A stretch of DNA of 63,964 nucleotides, the filler included, from Octopus bimaculoides (lineage: Eukaryota), in the NCBI RefSeq assembly GCF_001194135.2. It is 7 parts of 7 records of this genome, joined end to end, with 100 filler letters (N's around TTAATTAATTAA, not from the genome) between each part and the next. Parts side by side here need not be neighbours in the genome. Positions count along the whole stretch, not along the records: positions 25,918 to 41,550 come from NC_068987.1; positions 41,651 to 51,951 come from NC_069004.1; 5 more parts are not named here. The stretch is one strand, 5' to 3'. Numbering within the stretch: position 1 is the stretch's first letter; the number at the start of each line of letters is the position of its first letter. Position numbers and translations under genes: made by a program. Under the pieces are notes generated by a model. The model was not told the origin of the DNA. It saw only the letters and a program-made list of their open reading frames with translations, and ran no database searches. Shown here piece by piece: positions 35,619 through 49,744 of the stretch.

Positions 35619-35990
35619 TCTTTCAGTTTCCGTCCACCAAATCCACTGACAAGGCTTTGGTCGGCCCGAGGTTATAGTAGCAGACTCTTGCCCAAGGTGC
35701 TACGTAGTGAAACTAAACCTGGAGCCATGTGATTGAGAAGCAAACTTCTTACCACATAGCCACATCTGCCCCAATCTATATGTGGGTGTATGTATGTATG
35801 TATGTATGTGTGTATGCATGTATGTATGTATGTATGTTTGCGTGTGTTTGTGTGTTTGTTAGTTTGCTTGTTTGTTTGTTTGGGTTTGTACTTGTACCCC
35901 ATCACCGCTTGACCAACAGTTGCTTGTTTTATCTCCTGGTAACCTAGTGGTTTGGCAAAAGTGGCCGATAGAATAAGTGCCAAATTAAAA
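35619..35990. mobile_element. Family A SINE head (-, 35619-35770) followed by family A 3' half (+, 35890-35990)
   Basis: tttcagtttccgtccaccaaatccac..cttcttaccacatagccac; caccgcttgaccaac..gatagaataagtgcc. Confidence 0.8.
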
Positions 35991-37015
35991 AAAATATCAA
36001 CGATACACATTACATACACTCATTTACACAATACACGCACACACACACACACACGCACACACACACACACACACATCTTGTTGCCCTCTGAGCGGATCAT
36101 TTTGATAAACTATAAGAGAAGATGTAACAAGGTTTCGATCACTATTGGAAAAATTTAACGTTGCAGTAAATAATGTTATTCGAAGCCAGAAGTAACACGG
36201 AAAAATTGCTATCTGTTGAGTTTATTGAATATGATTTAAGCCTTTCTATGGCTGCTAGTCAGACACTGGAAATGACAGACGCAGAAACGGCCAACCAATA
36301 AATGACATCTGCTTATACTGTTTCCTCCTTCTCGTCGTCGTCGTCATCCCTCCTCCTCTAAAACTAACTGTAAAGATTACTAGCAGTAGAATGCCAGCAA
36401 CTTGTGGATTACAATATGACTAAAAGCAGAGCACCTAAAGTGTAAATTGTTGGCATATGGAAAGAATTATAGCATTAAAGTATCCATGGTAATTATATTG
36501 TGCTCTCGAAGGACTACTGCATTGTTGGTTGGTTGTTTTTGTTTTTTTTTTGTTAAACTCATTCCACAGGTTTGTGAAATTCTGTTTTCAGATAACGAAA
36601 CAGCATAGAAAAACCTCGTTAATAAGTGCAAAGTAGCAGCCGGAGGTCAAAACTATTCATGTTTAAAATAAACTCAACGTTGAAGTTATTAAAAACCATG
36701 TTTTATTGACAAGTTATCAGCCAATGATAAAAAGGAGGTGAATCTGCTTAATAAAGCAGAAATCATTCTTTAGCATTTCTCTTTTTAAATTTTAGGTCAT
36801 GAAAATTCATATTTCTACAAGCAACAGAAATTTCGATAGCCTAGCGAAATATTCTAGTTTCTACAAAAATAAATGACAATAAAATTAAACCTTATTTTAC
36901 ATTTCTTTAAAAGTCTAGATCATTTTCCTCTCATTCTTTATGTATATATATGTATACACACACACACAAACACATTACTATGTATACAAATGTGGAACGG
37001 CACTAGCTGTAATAT

Positions 37016-37096
<81 letters not shown>

Positions 37097-38217
37097 CGTG
37101 TACATATGTAGGCGAGTAAATCATATTTAAGAAGTTCGTGTAGATATTTATATCAGTGAGTACAATCATACTTAACACGTTTATGTACACTTGGACGTTG
37201 GAAGACCTTTCACTGGGGAAATAATGATTGGAAACATTTTTTCTCATCGACAATATGCATAAAATCAAATCAGTAGGCTATGAATGATGTCACTGGACTG
37301 TAGGCCGTACGCGCTTCCACGAAGTTAAGTGCTATCAACTACAAACAGCGAATTCGTTGTTCATAGCCTTCCAAGATCGATTATTCTTATATATTTAAAC
37401 AATAAATAGCACATTTGTTAATGTGCGCGAAGTAAGGCCTAGGTGGGATTAATTAACTAGAGACACATGAAGAGAATTTTCTTCCAAGAAATACGACGCT
37501 ATGTAAAGCTTCAATGAAATGTATACTGGCAAAGATGTATGCGGGCAGCGAACTTTAAAAGATTGCGTCTTACCTCTAAGAAGTACATCGAAAAAAATGA
37601 ACAACCTAGAATAATTGTCCATTAGTGCCTTGTTGTACCACTATTTCCTATTTATGTATGTGTATGTATGTATANNNNNNNNNNNNNNNNNNNNNNNNNN
37701 NNNNNNNNNNNNNNNNNNNNNNNNNNNNNNNNNNNNNNNNNNNNNNNNNNNNNNNNNNNNNNNNNNNNNNNNNNNNNNNNNNNNNNNNNNNNNNNNNNNN
37801 NNNNNNNNNNNNNNNNNNNNNNNNNNNNNNNNNNNNNNNNNNNNNNNNNNNNNNNNNNNNNNNNNNNNNNNNNNNNNNNNNNNNNNNNNNNNNNNNNNNN
37901 NNNNNNNNNNNNNNNNNNNNNNNNNNNNNNNNNNNNNNNNNNNNNNNNNNTATATATATATATATATATATGATATATATTATGTATATGTAAACATACA
38001 TACATATCTGTTGATTCACCAGAAGCGATGAATTACAGAACTCATGCGGCTACACACGCACGCCCATACGCCCGTGCATGCCCCCCCCCACGCGCGCGCG
38101 CATGTGCATATTAATTTCTCTATTTCTTTTAATAAATGTTTCCACGACAACTTCCCATTCGTTAGGAATATCATTTCACATCATTCATTATCTCATCAGA
38201 CAGACAGACAGACATAC

Positions 38218-38261
<44 letters not shown>

Positions 38262-38711
38262 TAATGAAGGTATGTACATATGTATATAGGACGATGGAAA
38301 TTGATAGCGGGTAAAAATGTTCTTTGATATATTTTGTTGAGTATTTTAGTCTTTGAGTGTAAGTAAGAAAGAAGTTCTTATCAAAATGGAGATTATCATA
38401 TTTTCAGAATTCTATCATGATGTATCACCTAAGTTGCTTTAATGGTGCACGGAAGCGCCGCCGAGTGACAATTTCAATCAACTCGAAATATATTGACAAT
38501 CCCTTGTGTGGTGAGAGATTTTTTTAATTTGGAATCCATTTCTTCTCATCGAAGTAAATTAATGTACGAATTTATTAACATCGATATTTGCGGAAGAATA
38601 AAAAAAGAAGAAAATAAAAGAAACAAAAATGACACAAATAAAACCAAGCAACAAAAAAAAAAACAATTTTCGTTTGATTCCTGCTCAACTTTAACCTCAT
38701 ACATTCCTATA

Positions 38712-38930
38712 TCTTGGTTTCAAATTTTGGCACAAGGCCAACAAGTTCGGGGAGTGGGGGCGAGTAAGTCGATTACATTAACCTCAGTGATCAACTGGTA
38801 CTTATTTTATCGACCCTTAAAGGATGAAAAGGAAAGCCTCGGCGGAATTTGAACTCAGAACGTAAAAACGGACGAAATACCGCTAAGCATTTTGCCCAGT
38901 GTGCTAAGAATTCTACCAGCACGCAGCCTT
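38712..38930 (-). mobile_element. Family B SINE
   Basis: ggtttcaaattttggcacaaggcc..cggcggaatttgaactcagaacg..gctaagcattttgccc. Confidence 0.9.
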
Positions 38931-39370
38931 ATATATTCTTAAGTACTGCAGAACAGTGTAATTAGGAATCATCAAGTATCGTCTTTGAGTGCGGTATTTT
39001 GGACATGTAACTTCTACCATGGCCTTGGGTTGACTAAAGCATCCCGGGGAAAATATAGATAATCAGATCAGCCACTCGTAGTTCATTTGGAACAGCTGTA
39101 CCACACTCGGAGTATTTGTAAGTTCTTTGACTTCACTGTTGAATATCTTATCTTTTTTCATCATTTCAGTGGAATGAATCAATCCCAGTACTTATTTATT
39201 ATTATTTATTATTATTGTTTTTTTTTTGTTTATGTCTGGTACTTATTCTGCTAAACCGCTAAGTTACAGGGATGTAAAGACATCAACAGTGGTTGCTAAA
39301 CAGTGGCGAAGGACATACAAAGACACATACACATAGACACATTTGTATGTATGTATGTATGTATGTATGT

Positions 39371-39730
39371 ACTAGCTGTTGGACCCAGCGTTGCACGTGT
39401 TTTCCGTGTTGAAGTTAAACCCACCTCTGACCTTGTATTGAATAAGCATTTCCTTAGAGACTATTCTATCGATTTTGTTGAAATTTACACGTGAAAAAAT
39501 GCAAAAGCTACAGGAAAAATAACATCGATATGGAAATTTCCATTCAAACGCCCGATTTGAGCTCACAAAAAACGATGCCAACTGAGCATTATCTAGTTTT
39601 CGAAAAATTCCGGCCTTATTTGAACTTCAGGACATGTGATCTACCTATGGTGCCAAAAATCATTAAAATCGGTTGGACGGTGTGGGAGGAGTTAGAGTAA
39701 CCCCAAACACACAGACACAATTACACATGT
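39371..39730 (+). mobile_element. Non-autonomous Helentron (HINE/DINE-1-like) element
   Basis: Typical 5' actagctgttggacccagcgttgcacg and 3' aaaatcggttggacggtgtgggaggagttaga..acacacagacac; sits between degraded family A SINE pieces (39000-39330, 39778-39920). Confidence 0.75.
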
Positions 39731-40029
39731 ATGTATGTATGTATGTATGTATGTATGTATGTATGTTTATATATGTACGACGAACTTCTTTCAGTCTCCG
39801 TCTACCAAATCCACTCACAAGGTCTTCGTCTACCCGAGGATACAGTGCAAGGTACCACGCAGTGGGGATGAACCCGGAACCATGTGTTTAGGAAGCAAAC
39901 TTCTTACCACTCAGCAACACTTGCTCCTATATACGTACCCATGCAATGAACTCATTTCTCTTTCCATTGCTCAGGAAGCGTTGAGTCTAAATGATGCGAT
40001 GCAACACTGTCTTGTTTTTGCATCTCCCT

Positions 40030-40320
40030 ATTTAACATAGACCGTGGCGGTGCCACTGTTGTTGTTGTAGTTTCCATTCATTATTAGTATCTTCCTTGTC
40101 CTGTTGTCCAAATTACGAATTTCTTCAAGTGTCCAGAATAACACCCCAAACGCTGTTACTAACAATGGCACTGCAAAGCATTGTGGGATATAATTATATT
40201 GAAGGCAAACACCAATGAGTTTCATACATTCCCAAGTCTGCTGGAGTATTCTTTGGTCTCTCTAGCTGAACTCACAGCATCACCATATGCAATATTCTTG
40301 TCGATTCTGAGAATGAATCA
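40030..40320 (-). mobile_element. R4/Dong-like (restriction-like endonuclease) LINE fragment
   Basis: FAVPLLVTAFGVLFWTLEEIRNLDNRTRKILIMNGNY..VYVK matches the post-RT AVP...FG...WT..E...LD..TRK.L.M motif. Confidence 0.7.
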
Positions 40321-40459
40321 GTGAAATAGTTATGAAGCATTATCTATTCAAGAATAAAGCAGAAAAATTCTTTATGTATAAACGACTAATAAATCTATTA
40401 TTATATTTGTCTGTAATTTATGCAGAGGATATACAGGTAAAAAAAAAAAATGAATAAAT

Positions 40460-40708
40460 CGACGCTAGTACTTCTTTTTCAAGCCTGATACTTAACCGCT
40501 AAGTTACGGGGTGCAAACGCACCAACACCAGTTGCCAAACGGTGGTGAGGGGACACACACACAAATATATATGACGGGCTTCTTTCAGTTTCCGTCGACT
40601 AAATCCACTCAGAAGGCTTTGATCGGCTCGAGGTGCCACGCAGTGACACTAAGCCCGGAACAATGTGATTGGGAAGCAAGCTACTTACCACACAGCCACG
40701 CTCGTGCC
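40460..40708 (-). mobile_element. Family A SINE
   Basis: accgctaagttacgggg..gacgggcttctttcagtttccgtc..cttaccacacagccac. Confidence 0.85.
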
Positions 40709-41179
40709 TGATGTTTTGTCTATTTTATCAAATTATTTTCTGTTTAGCACAGTTCAATCTTGATCAAGTAGACCTACGAACAAAAGCATTCCAGTCGTGA
40801 TCTTCACGTCTAACGGCTGTGACCACAGTTGTGACTAACATTATCTAATATATCCTTTTTATTTCTAAGATGGTGTATGAGTTGAAAGAGATTTGTTTGC
40901 CATTTCTAGCAAGCCGAGCGACCACATACAGGCGTTCTCGTTGACTCGTTCATGTTTTCTGGAAAATATTAATAGAATAGCAAATATTCAAATCTCAGTG
41001 GTTTTAATGAATTTGATGTTTCTGTTTATCTTTAGAACAAATAAATATATTAATATCAAACACAAATGTTGCTTTGAAACACGAGAATCAACAGATAAAT
41101 ATCAAAAAGTAGACAATGTCTTTAATATCTGCCACCGATAGTTTCTATCGTGAGATTTATAAAATATTGCATTTCATCT

Positions 41180-41400
41180 TTATCTTTAACTTGTTTCAGT
41201 CATTGGACTGCGACCATACTGGGGCACCACTTTGAAGAACTTTTAGTTGAATGAATTGATCCCGGTATTTTGAGTTTTTTGTTGTTGTTGTTGTTAACGT
41301 TTGGTACTTATCCTGTTGCGGTCTTCTTTGTCTTAACTCTTGGTTACGGGTACATAAACAAACCTACACCGATTGCAAAGCGGTAGGCGAAACAAGCACA
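41180..41400 (-). mobile_element. Family A SINE 3' half, degraded
   Basis: cttgtttcagtcattggactgcgaccatactggggcaccac. Confidence 0.75.
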
Positions 41401-41410
41401 AATACAAACA

Positions 41411-41452
<42 letters not shown>

Positions 41453-41514
41453 CACACACACACATACATTTGTATGTATGTGTATATATGCGTGTGTATA
41501 CATATATATATGTA

Positions 41515-41549
<35 letters not shown>

Positions 41550-42619
41550 GNNNNNNNNNNNNNNNNNNNNNNNNNNNNNNNNNNNNNNNNNNNNTTAATT
41601 AATTAANNNNNNNNNNNNNNNNNNNNNNNNNNNNNNNNNNNNNNNNNNNNATATATATATATATATATAAGTGTGATATCCATGTGATACACATATGGCT
41701 GTGTGTGTGTCTTTGTGTCTGTGGTTGTGTTTACGTCGCCATGAATTAGTGATTCGGCAAATGACACCGATAGAATAAGTACCAGGTTTTACATCTACCA
41801 AATTCATTTCAGAATGTTTTGGTAGGACCAAGCTGTGGGACTGAACCTGAAACTAAATAGTTGGCAAGCGAGTTTCTTAACCACATAGCAATTCCAGCAC
41901 CTGTTTTTATATATTTCATATCTTTTTTGTGTTTTATAATTATTTTGCTCATTATTTTACTATTAATATTAATATTTTTTCTTCTTCCCTAGACAACTAC
42001 AATCCTTCATACTCGTTTCATTTTAAAACATTTCTTTTTGACGTTTTTCAAATCTCCGGATAAGTTTTTATTTTTTCATTTCTAGCAACGCGTCTCACTT
42101 CCCTGTATTTTGTTCTCCTCACTTACTGCGTCTGTCATTTTCTTCTCTCTCCATCTCGCAATTCTTCCTAACCGTTTCATATTTAATAATTTCTTTTTGA
42201 CGATTTCCATCTCCTTTAACAATGCTTCTCACTCTGTCTTCCACCTTGCTCTCCAGCTTCCGTCTGCCATTTTCCTTCTTTTTCCATCTTACATTTCTCC
42301 CCTCTTCTTTTTTTGTTATATCTAATTTACAACACATTCTTATGATTTTTTCTCACCTCTGCCTGTTCTTCGTAACGAATTATCCTTCTGATTGTTATAA
42401 AACATATTTCGTAAAATTCAAAAACTTATTCTTTTATATGAATGATTAATTTTCTCAGAGTGTACAAAAGTTAAAATAACTTGGCCAGGTTGTAAGGAAA
42501 CAATAACTATAATTTAATACTACTCTGACACTAAAATGTGTCTCAATACATTTTATTCTTCACAGATAAAAACAATAGAAACAAGTCAAGTCCGCATCTG
42601 AATAGGTTGAACACAAATA

Positions 42620-42800
42620 TTCGTTTCTACTCTAGGCACAAGGCCCGAAGTTTTGGGGGAAGGTCGATTATATTGACCTCAGTACGTAACTGGTACATAT
42701 GTTTTCGGTTTCTTTTGTTGAACCACTAAGCTACGAGGACATAATGAAGCATCAGTGGTTGTCAAGCAATGGGAAGATGGGAAACACAGGCACGAAATAC
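42620..42800 (-). mobile_element. Family B tail joined to a family A 3' module (degraded)
   Basis: ttctactctaggcacaaggcccgaag..aactggtac then tttgttgaaccactaagctacg..gttgtcaagc. Confidence 0.65.
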
Positions 42801-42879
42801 AAAGATCAAAAACAGACACACGTATATACTTACTGTATATATATGCATGTATACACACACACATGCATATTTATATATA

Positions 42880-43109
42880 CAGGATTAGCCAAAAGTCACC
42901 TGACAGTAAATCAAAACCATTTAATTCGAAGATTTATTTATGTTTAACAACTGAATTAATTTAATAAAAGCATCTAAATATGAAACATCATGAAAATTGT
43001 TCAAACTGAAGTCCTTGAGCGACAATTTTTTCCATTCGAGTCAATAGAGAATTACAGATAGAATTTATGGAATTTTAATCTACTGTCGGGTGACTTTTGG
43101 TTAACTTAC
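42880..43109. mobile_element. Tc1/mariner-type MITE (~230 bp)
   Basis: TIRs ttagccaaaagtcacctgacagta versus tactgtcgggtgacttttggttaa (22/24 match); TA precedes the left end (caggattagcc). Confidence 0.75.
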
Positions 43110-43140
<31 letters not shown>

Positions 43141-44149
43141 CATACATACATACATACATACATANNNNNNNNNNNNNNNNNNNNNNNNNNNNNNNNNATA
43201 TATATATATATATATAATATAAATAATACATATATATGCATATATACATACGTATACATACATACTTACATGTATACGCATATACATATGCATATGTGGG
43301 CACAGGATATATGTGGCTGCAGTTAGACGAGAAGTGCTTTGCCTGTCCATACCAGAAACGTTACATCTGCTTATGCAGGCCATAGAAGCAAAGGAGTTTT
43401 CGGTACAGTTATGCCTTATCTTAATGTTATTTCTATTAAAGATATTATGATATCTATAGTCTACGTAGAAATGCTCTTTTATAAGTTTCAGAAAAATCCT
43501 GGTGATATTGGAAGGAACAGTTAAGCATTATGAAGGAACACACTATATTTCCTTTCCTATTTATCACGCTTTTGATCATTAGAGCTATTCTGTATATGAG
43601 GAATCCAGTCTTTGAAGCTTCTGTCTTTTAACGCAACATCATAACAATGAGCAGCAGAGTTAAAAGAATCCCCGTGAAAGATGGAGCTGGATATGGACTC
43701 CTTACTATTATTAATATTATTAACAACGTTTCTATGGAATAAAGAGTGAATAGACGGAATTGACATTAGTATACTACAGTTGTATGTTACTATTGCTATA
43801 AAAGTTGCATGTATCAGTTCTGAATTCCTCTGTTGCATTTAATATATAACTGTATTTAGATTCGTATCCACAGACATTTTGAAATCTATTTGCTTTTTGA
43901 ATGTGTTCATGAATTCCATTCTAACAGTGTTCAATGCGTGACAATTCTTGCTTTGCAAGATGAATACTTCACTACAGTAAATACCAAAATCTGCATTGTA
44001 GATTTTGGAGTTTGTTGTAGGTAAGTCTTAGTAGTACTAACTATTCAGTTAAAATGTACACCTACATATATGCATATAAATGTGATTTACATTATTTATA
44101 AATGTATATTACATATAATACACATATATATGAATAAAAGATATATTTA

Positions 44150-44184
<35 letters not shown>

Positions 44185-44191
44185 GAAAATA

Positions 44192-44236
<45 letters not shown>

Positions 44237-44671
44237 ATATATATATANNNNNNNNNNNNNNNNNNNNNNNNNNNNNNNNNNNNNNNNNNNNNNNNNNNNN
44301 NNNNNNNNNNNNNNNNNNNNNNNNNNNNNNNNNNNNNNNNNNNNNNNNNNNNNNNNNNNNNNNNNNNNNNNNNNNNNNNNNNNNNNNNNNNNNNNNNNNN
44401 NNNNNNNNNNNNNNNNNNNNNNNNNNNNNNNNNNNNNNNNNNNNNNNNNNNNNNNNNNNNNNNNNNNNNNNNNNNNNNNNNNNNNNNNNNNNNNNNNNNN
44501 NNNNNNNNNNNNNNNNNNNNNNNNNNNNNNNNNNNNNNNNNNNNNNNNNNNNNNNNNTATGCATGTATGTATTTATATATGTATGTATGTATATATATCA
44601 TTCTACAAATGTATGCAGAGAAATACATATATAGAAATGGATGGAAAGATACACGCACACGCACGCACGCA

Positions 44672-44741
<70 letters not shown>

Positions 44742-46210
44742 CGCACACGCACAGAGTTAAGTGCATACATATAAAACGCATAGAACCTGCTGGTGAAACG
44801 CTGAAATAAAACGACGGGGGTACTTAGCCTATATTTCCAGAACAATTGAATTTTTAGCTTTTATGCGTTCTGACTTTCAATAATATATTTTCTTTTGAAA
44901 GCGTAAGAAATTACAGGAGAACAGCATCGAAACATATCAGCGTTACATAATATTTAAAATATGGGTGATACGAGGGGAATATTCTATACACATAGTGTTG
45001 TATAAACATAACCATGTACATATTAACAACAAACACATAAATATATATATACGTATGTATATTTATATATTACTGTATATAGATATACAATTTAAAGTAG
45101 AATATATGAAACACAATAAAAAAAATCATGTACATTATTGTTTACTATTACGGAATGTACACTTACAATGATATACACAGACACACATATATATGCATTT
45201 ATATATATATNNNNNNNNNNNNNNNNNNNNNNNNNNNNNNNNNNNNNNNNNNNNNNNNNNNNNNNNNNNNNNNNNNNNNNNNNNNNNNNNNNNNNNNNNN
45301 NNNNNNNNNNNNNNNNNNNNNNNNNNNNNNNNNNNNNNNNNNNNNNNNNNNNNNNNNNNNNNNNNNNNNNNNNNNNNNNNNNNNNNNNNNNNNNNNNNNN
45401 NNNNNNNNNNNNNNNNNNNNNNNNNNNNNNNNNNNNNNNNNNNNNNNNNNNNNNNNNNNNNNNNNNNNNNNNNNNNNNNNNNNNNNNNNNNNNNNNNNNN
45501 NNNNNNNNNNNNNNNNNNNNNNNNNNNNNNNNNNNNNNNNNNNNNNNNNNNNNNNNNNNNNNNNNNNNNNNNNNNNNNNNNNNNNNNNNNNNNNNNNNNN
45601 NNNNNNNNNNNNNNNNNNNNNNNNNNNNNNNNNNNNNNNNNNNNNNNNNNNNNNNNNNNNNNNNNNNNNNNNNNNNNNNNNNNNNNNNNNNNNNNNNNNN
45701 NNNNNNNNNNNNNNNNNNNNNNNNNNNNNNNNNNNNNNNNNNNNNNNNNNNNNNNNNNNNNNNNNNNNNNNNNNNNNNNNNNNNNNNNNNNNNNNNNNNN
45801 NNNNNNNNNNNNNNNNNNNNNNNNNNNNNNNNNNNNNNNNNNNNNNNNNNNNNNNNNNNNNNNNNNNNNNNNNNNNNNNNNNNNNNNNNNNNNNNNNNNN
45901 NNNNNNNNNNNNNNNNNNNNNNNNNNNNNNNNNNNNNNNNNNNNNNNNNNNNNNNNNNNNNNNNNNNNNNNNNNNNNNNNNNNNNNNNNNNNNNNNNNNN
46001 NNNNNNNNNNNNNNNNNNNNNNNNNNNNNNNNNNNNNNNNNNNNNNNNNNNNNNNNNNNNNNNNNNNNNNNNNNNNNNNNNNNNNNNNNNNNNNNNNNNN
46101 NNNNNNNNNNNNNNNNNNNNNNNNNNNNNNNNNNNNNNNNNNNNNNNNNNNNNNNNNNNNNNNNNNNNNNNNNNNNNNNNNNNNNNNNNNNNNNNNNNNN
46201 NNNNNNNNNN

Positions 46211-46283
46211 CAGAACGTAGCGACGGGCGAAATACCTCTAAGCATTTCGCCCGGCGTGCTAACGATTCTGCCAGCTCGTCGCC

Positions 46284-46285
<2 letters not shown>
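46211..46285 (-). mobile_element. Family B SINE head abutting (TAA)n
   Basis: aagcatttcgcccggcgtgctaacgattctgccagctcgtcgcctt. Confidence 0.9.
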
Positions 46286-46362
<77 letters not shown>

Positions 46363-47049
46363 CAACAACAACAACAACAACAGCAATAATATTGCCTGGC
46401 GGTAAAACATGAAGAAACATATTTGATATTGCAATGAAGAAAGCAGCACATTGAAACCACAAGGAGAAAAAGAAGATTGTTTACAAGTCAGGCAGGAAAA
46501 AAATTGTTACAGAAATATTTCTATTTTGCCGAAGGATATAGCAAGTGTCTATAAACAATTTACCGAAAAGTAAGAAGTTTACAATAACGAAAAATAACTG
46601 AGACAAAAAGAGACTGGCATATTATTGATTGTATAAAGTTAGCTGGAATTTGAAAAAAAAAAAACACAACAGAATAGGGAACACAAGGAAAAAAATCCTG
46701 AAACAAACTACCAAACTGGAAAGCCCTTCGATCATTGATGTGGTTGAGGGTTTCTGAGTTTTGTAGGAGTAAACATTCAAATCATGTTTTCGATTGTGTT
46801 ACTGACAAAAATAACTTAGCTACCATGAATGGTAAAATCGAGAATCGTTCTAGTAAATAAAATTAACCCTACATAAAATAAGCAGAAGACCTGAAATTTT
46901 TTTTTGGGGGGGAAAATCAAAGTCGATTAGATCGACCACATTGCTAAACTGGTATTTATTTCATCGACCCCGAAATGACGAAGAGTAAAATCAATCCCGG
47001 CCGAATTTGAGCTCAGGAGTATAAAGAGGGAAGCATTTTGGTTTGTGTT

Positions 47050-47250
47050 TGCCACCTTGGAATCCTCTGTTTAGTGGGTCGATCCACTACTCTAGAAGAG
47101 ACTATTCTAGAGTACGTTCTGTCTTATCTTCAAAACGTCTAGTTAGAATAGAGGCAGCTGACGAAGGATTAATTCCAAGTGGCTATCTGTTTTCCTATGT
47201 GTTCGTTCCGTTGTCTGTAGTTCATTGTTCTAACGTCCTGTACCCTGATA
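47050..47250 (+). mobile_element. Possible Penelope-like terminal-repeat remnant with hairpins and hammerhead-like half motifs
   Basis: Perfect 10 bp hairpin 47088-47114; cttcaaaacgtc (47128-47139) and cagctgacgaagg (47155-47167). Confidence 0.35.
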
Positions 47251-48836
47251 TGCATCTATATACACATGTAGATGTAAATATGTACAGATATGTGTATATN
47301 NNNNNNNNNNNNNNNNNNNNNNNNNNNNNNNNNNNNNNNNNNNNNNNNNNNNNNNNNNNNNNNNNNNNNNNNNNNNNNNNNNNNNNNNNNNNNNNNNNNN
47401 NNNNNNNNNNNNNNNNNNNNNNNNNNNNNNNNNNNNNNNNNNNNNNNNNNNNNNNNNNNNNNNNNNNNNNNNNNNNNNNNNNNNNNNNNNNNNNNNNNNN
47501 NNNNNNNNNNNNNNNNNNNNNNNNNNNNNNNNNNNNNNNNNNNNNNNNNNNNNNNNNNNNNNNNNNNNNNNNNNNNNNNNNNNNNNNNNNNNNNNNNNNN
47601 NNNNNNNNNNNNNNNNNNNNNNNNNNNTATATGTAGTGAGGGTGCGTGGCCTAGTGGTTAGAGGAGTGTTATTCGCAAGATCGCGGTTTCATTTCACGGT
47701 TTCAATATTATAAATGGCCAAAAGATCGATGTTGTTTATGTTATCTCTATGACCTGTCAACTAGCGGGTTCAACAAATAAAATAAGGGACTGAAATAACA
47801 AACGGAATTGATATTGTTCGATTAAAAATTTGAAAGTTGTTCTCCGGCATGGCCACACTTCAAACACTAAAATCAGTAGAAAAAAAAAAAAGAAACATAC
47901 AGAAAGAAAAGGACGAAAATCGATATATGATAACTGCCGATATTTTATTGTTAACTAAGGATAATAAGTGCATTATAATTACCATAAGTGACCTGGAATG
48001 ACCTTCCCCAAAATGTAAAATAAATGAGAGAAATCGTTTTATGTAAATTAAATAAAGAAATGAATAAAGAAATACACAGTGCAAACATTGGATGTCAAAA
48101 TATTTTATTTTATTTGTTTTTGTCATGATTTCCCTTATGCTTCTTGCTTAGAACATAATAGATTGAAGCAACCACAACCACCACCACCGCCACTACAACA
48201 ACAACAACAACAGAAGCAACGAAAACATCAACAATAAAAACAGGAACGACAACAACAACGACATAAACAACGGCAATAACGTTAATACAATTTCAAGACA
48301 TCGAAAAAAATATATATATATAAAAGCCATGACAAGAGCAGTAAAAAGAAATAAAATAAAAACAACAGAAACTACAACAACAACACTTGTAATAGCAATG
48401 ACAACAACAATAAAAAAAAGACAATAATGATAAGAATAAAAAACAGCAGCAGCAACGGAAACGAAATTCAATATGGCAGCATTTGTAAGCAAAACCTTCT
48501 CACGAAATTCTAGTTATTGCGATTGGCATTACGTAATAGAAAAATGTGGAAGGACACAGTTTAGGAAGGATAACAAAAGAAGAAAAATTACAGCAAAAAA
48601 TATGAATTAAAAAAATAATTGAATAATTATAAAAAAAAAATTACTATAAAAAAAATAAACTGTGATGATATTAATAATAATGCTTTCGGTTATTGTCAGA
48701 ATGGTGGTGGAAGTGGTAACGGTGGTGCAACGAGTACAAAGATACATGAGAAAAAGCGGTCGATGCAATGATGGTTTATATTTTACATCGTATATTGATT
48801 GCATGGAAACAACATGCAAAATAAAAATACCATGGA

Positions 48837-48870
<34 letters not shown>

Positions 48871-49027
48871 CGTTGCTCGAAACGTAGAACCATCTTTCTT
48901 TTCTTCCCTCAGCGTCTGCTAATACTTTGCATGTACCACGTCCTCGCGTTGTTGTTTTTCTCTTCTGTTTGTTCTCCGCTTTTTTTTATTTACTATATAT
49001 ATATATATATATATACATTACGTATGT

Positions 49028-49064
<37 letters not shown>

Positions 49065-49572
49065 CATACATACATACATACGTATATATGTATGTATGAA
49101 TGCATGTATATGCATATATTAATCAATAAATGAATGACAAAAGAACAGGAGTTGCGTAATCACTTACATTAATTTACAGCTGTTTTTGATATAGGAAGCC
49201 TGCATAAGTATATTAGATTTCAGCAACTGGTTATTAGCAAAGCAACGGAAAGGCGGAGTTATGCATAAATAAACATACATACATACATGCATAGACGCAT
49301 ACATACCTATATACTCACCTACATATCTACATAAATACATACGTACACACACACACACACACACATACAGACATGATGGTAGTCTTCGGTAGCCAAGGAA
49401 AGACAATTCTGCAATTTCTTGCCGAACTAGCTGGCAAAAATGTCTTGTTTAACAAATGTATGTGCTGCCAATTAGCTCACCCCTTCCATTAAATTCACGT
49501 TGCGTTCAGGTGTTGGACGAGGATCGCAAAGCAATATGAGATGCAACGATCTGCTTGAAGAAACAAAGCATC

Positions 49573-49650
49573 ACCCGGCTCGCGAACTGAAACCGCGATC
49601 TCGCGATCGTGAGCGAAACACTCTGACCACTAGGCCACGCGTCTTCACCA
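49573..49650 (-). mobile_element. tRNA-derived SINE head (family C)
   Basis: Minus strand gacgcgtggcctagtggtcagagtg..gatcgcggtttcagttcgcgagccgggtgatg; related head at 47635-47700 (+). Confidence 0.75.
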
Positions 49651-49680
49651 CATACATATACATACATACATAATACACAC

Positions 49681-49735
<55 letters not shown>

Positions 49736-49744
49736 CATCGTCAT

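Noticed and set aside
43307-43582. Protein-like frames IYVAAVRREVLCLSIPETL.. and KILVILEGTV (Kir-channel-like)
   Set aside because: Poor acceptor, incompatible phases, and the Kir motif does not continue (ILEG is not followed by the expected VE.T..T.QAR).
49573-49650. tRNA gene (also 1392, 13719, 47635)
   Set aside because: A/B boxes are present but there is no closed acceptor stem, and the sequences continue into SINE bodies; these are SINE heads.
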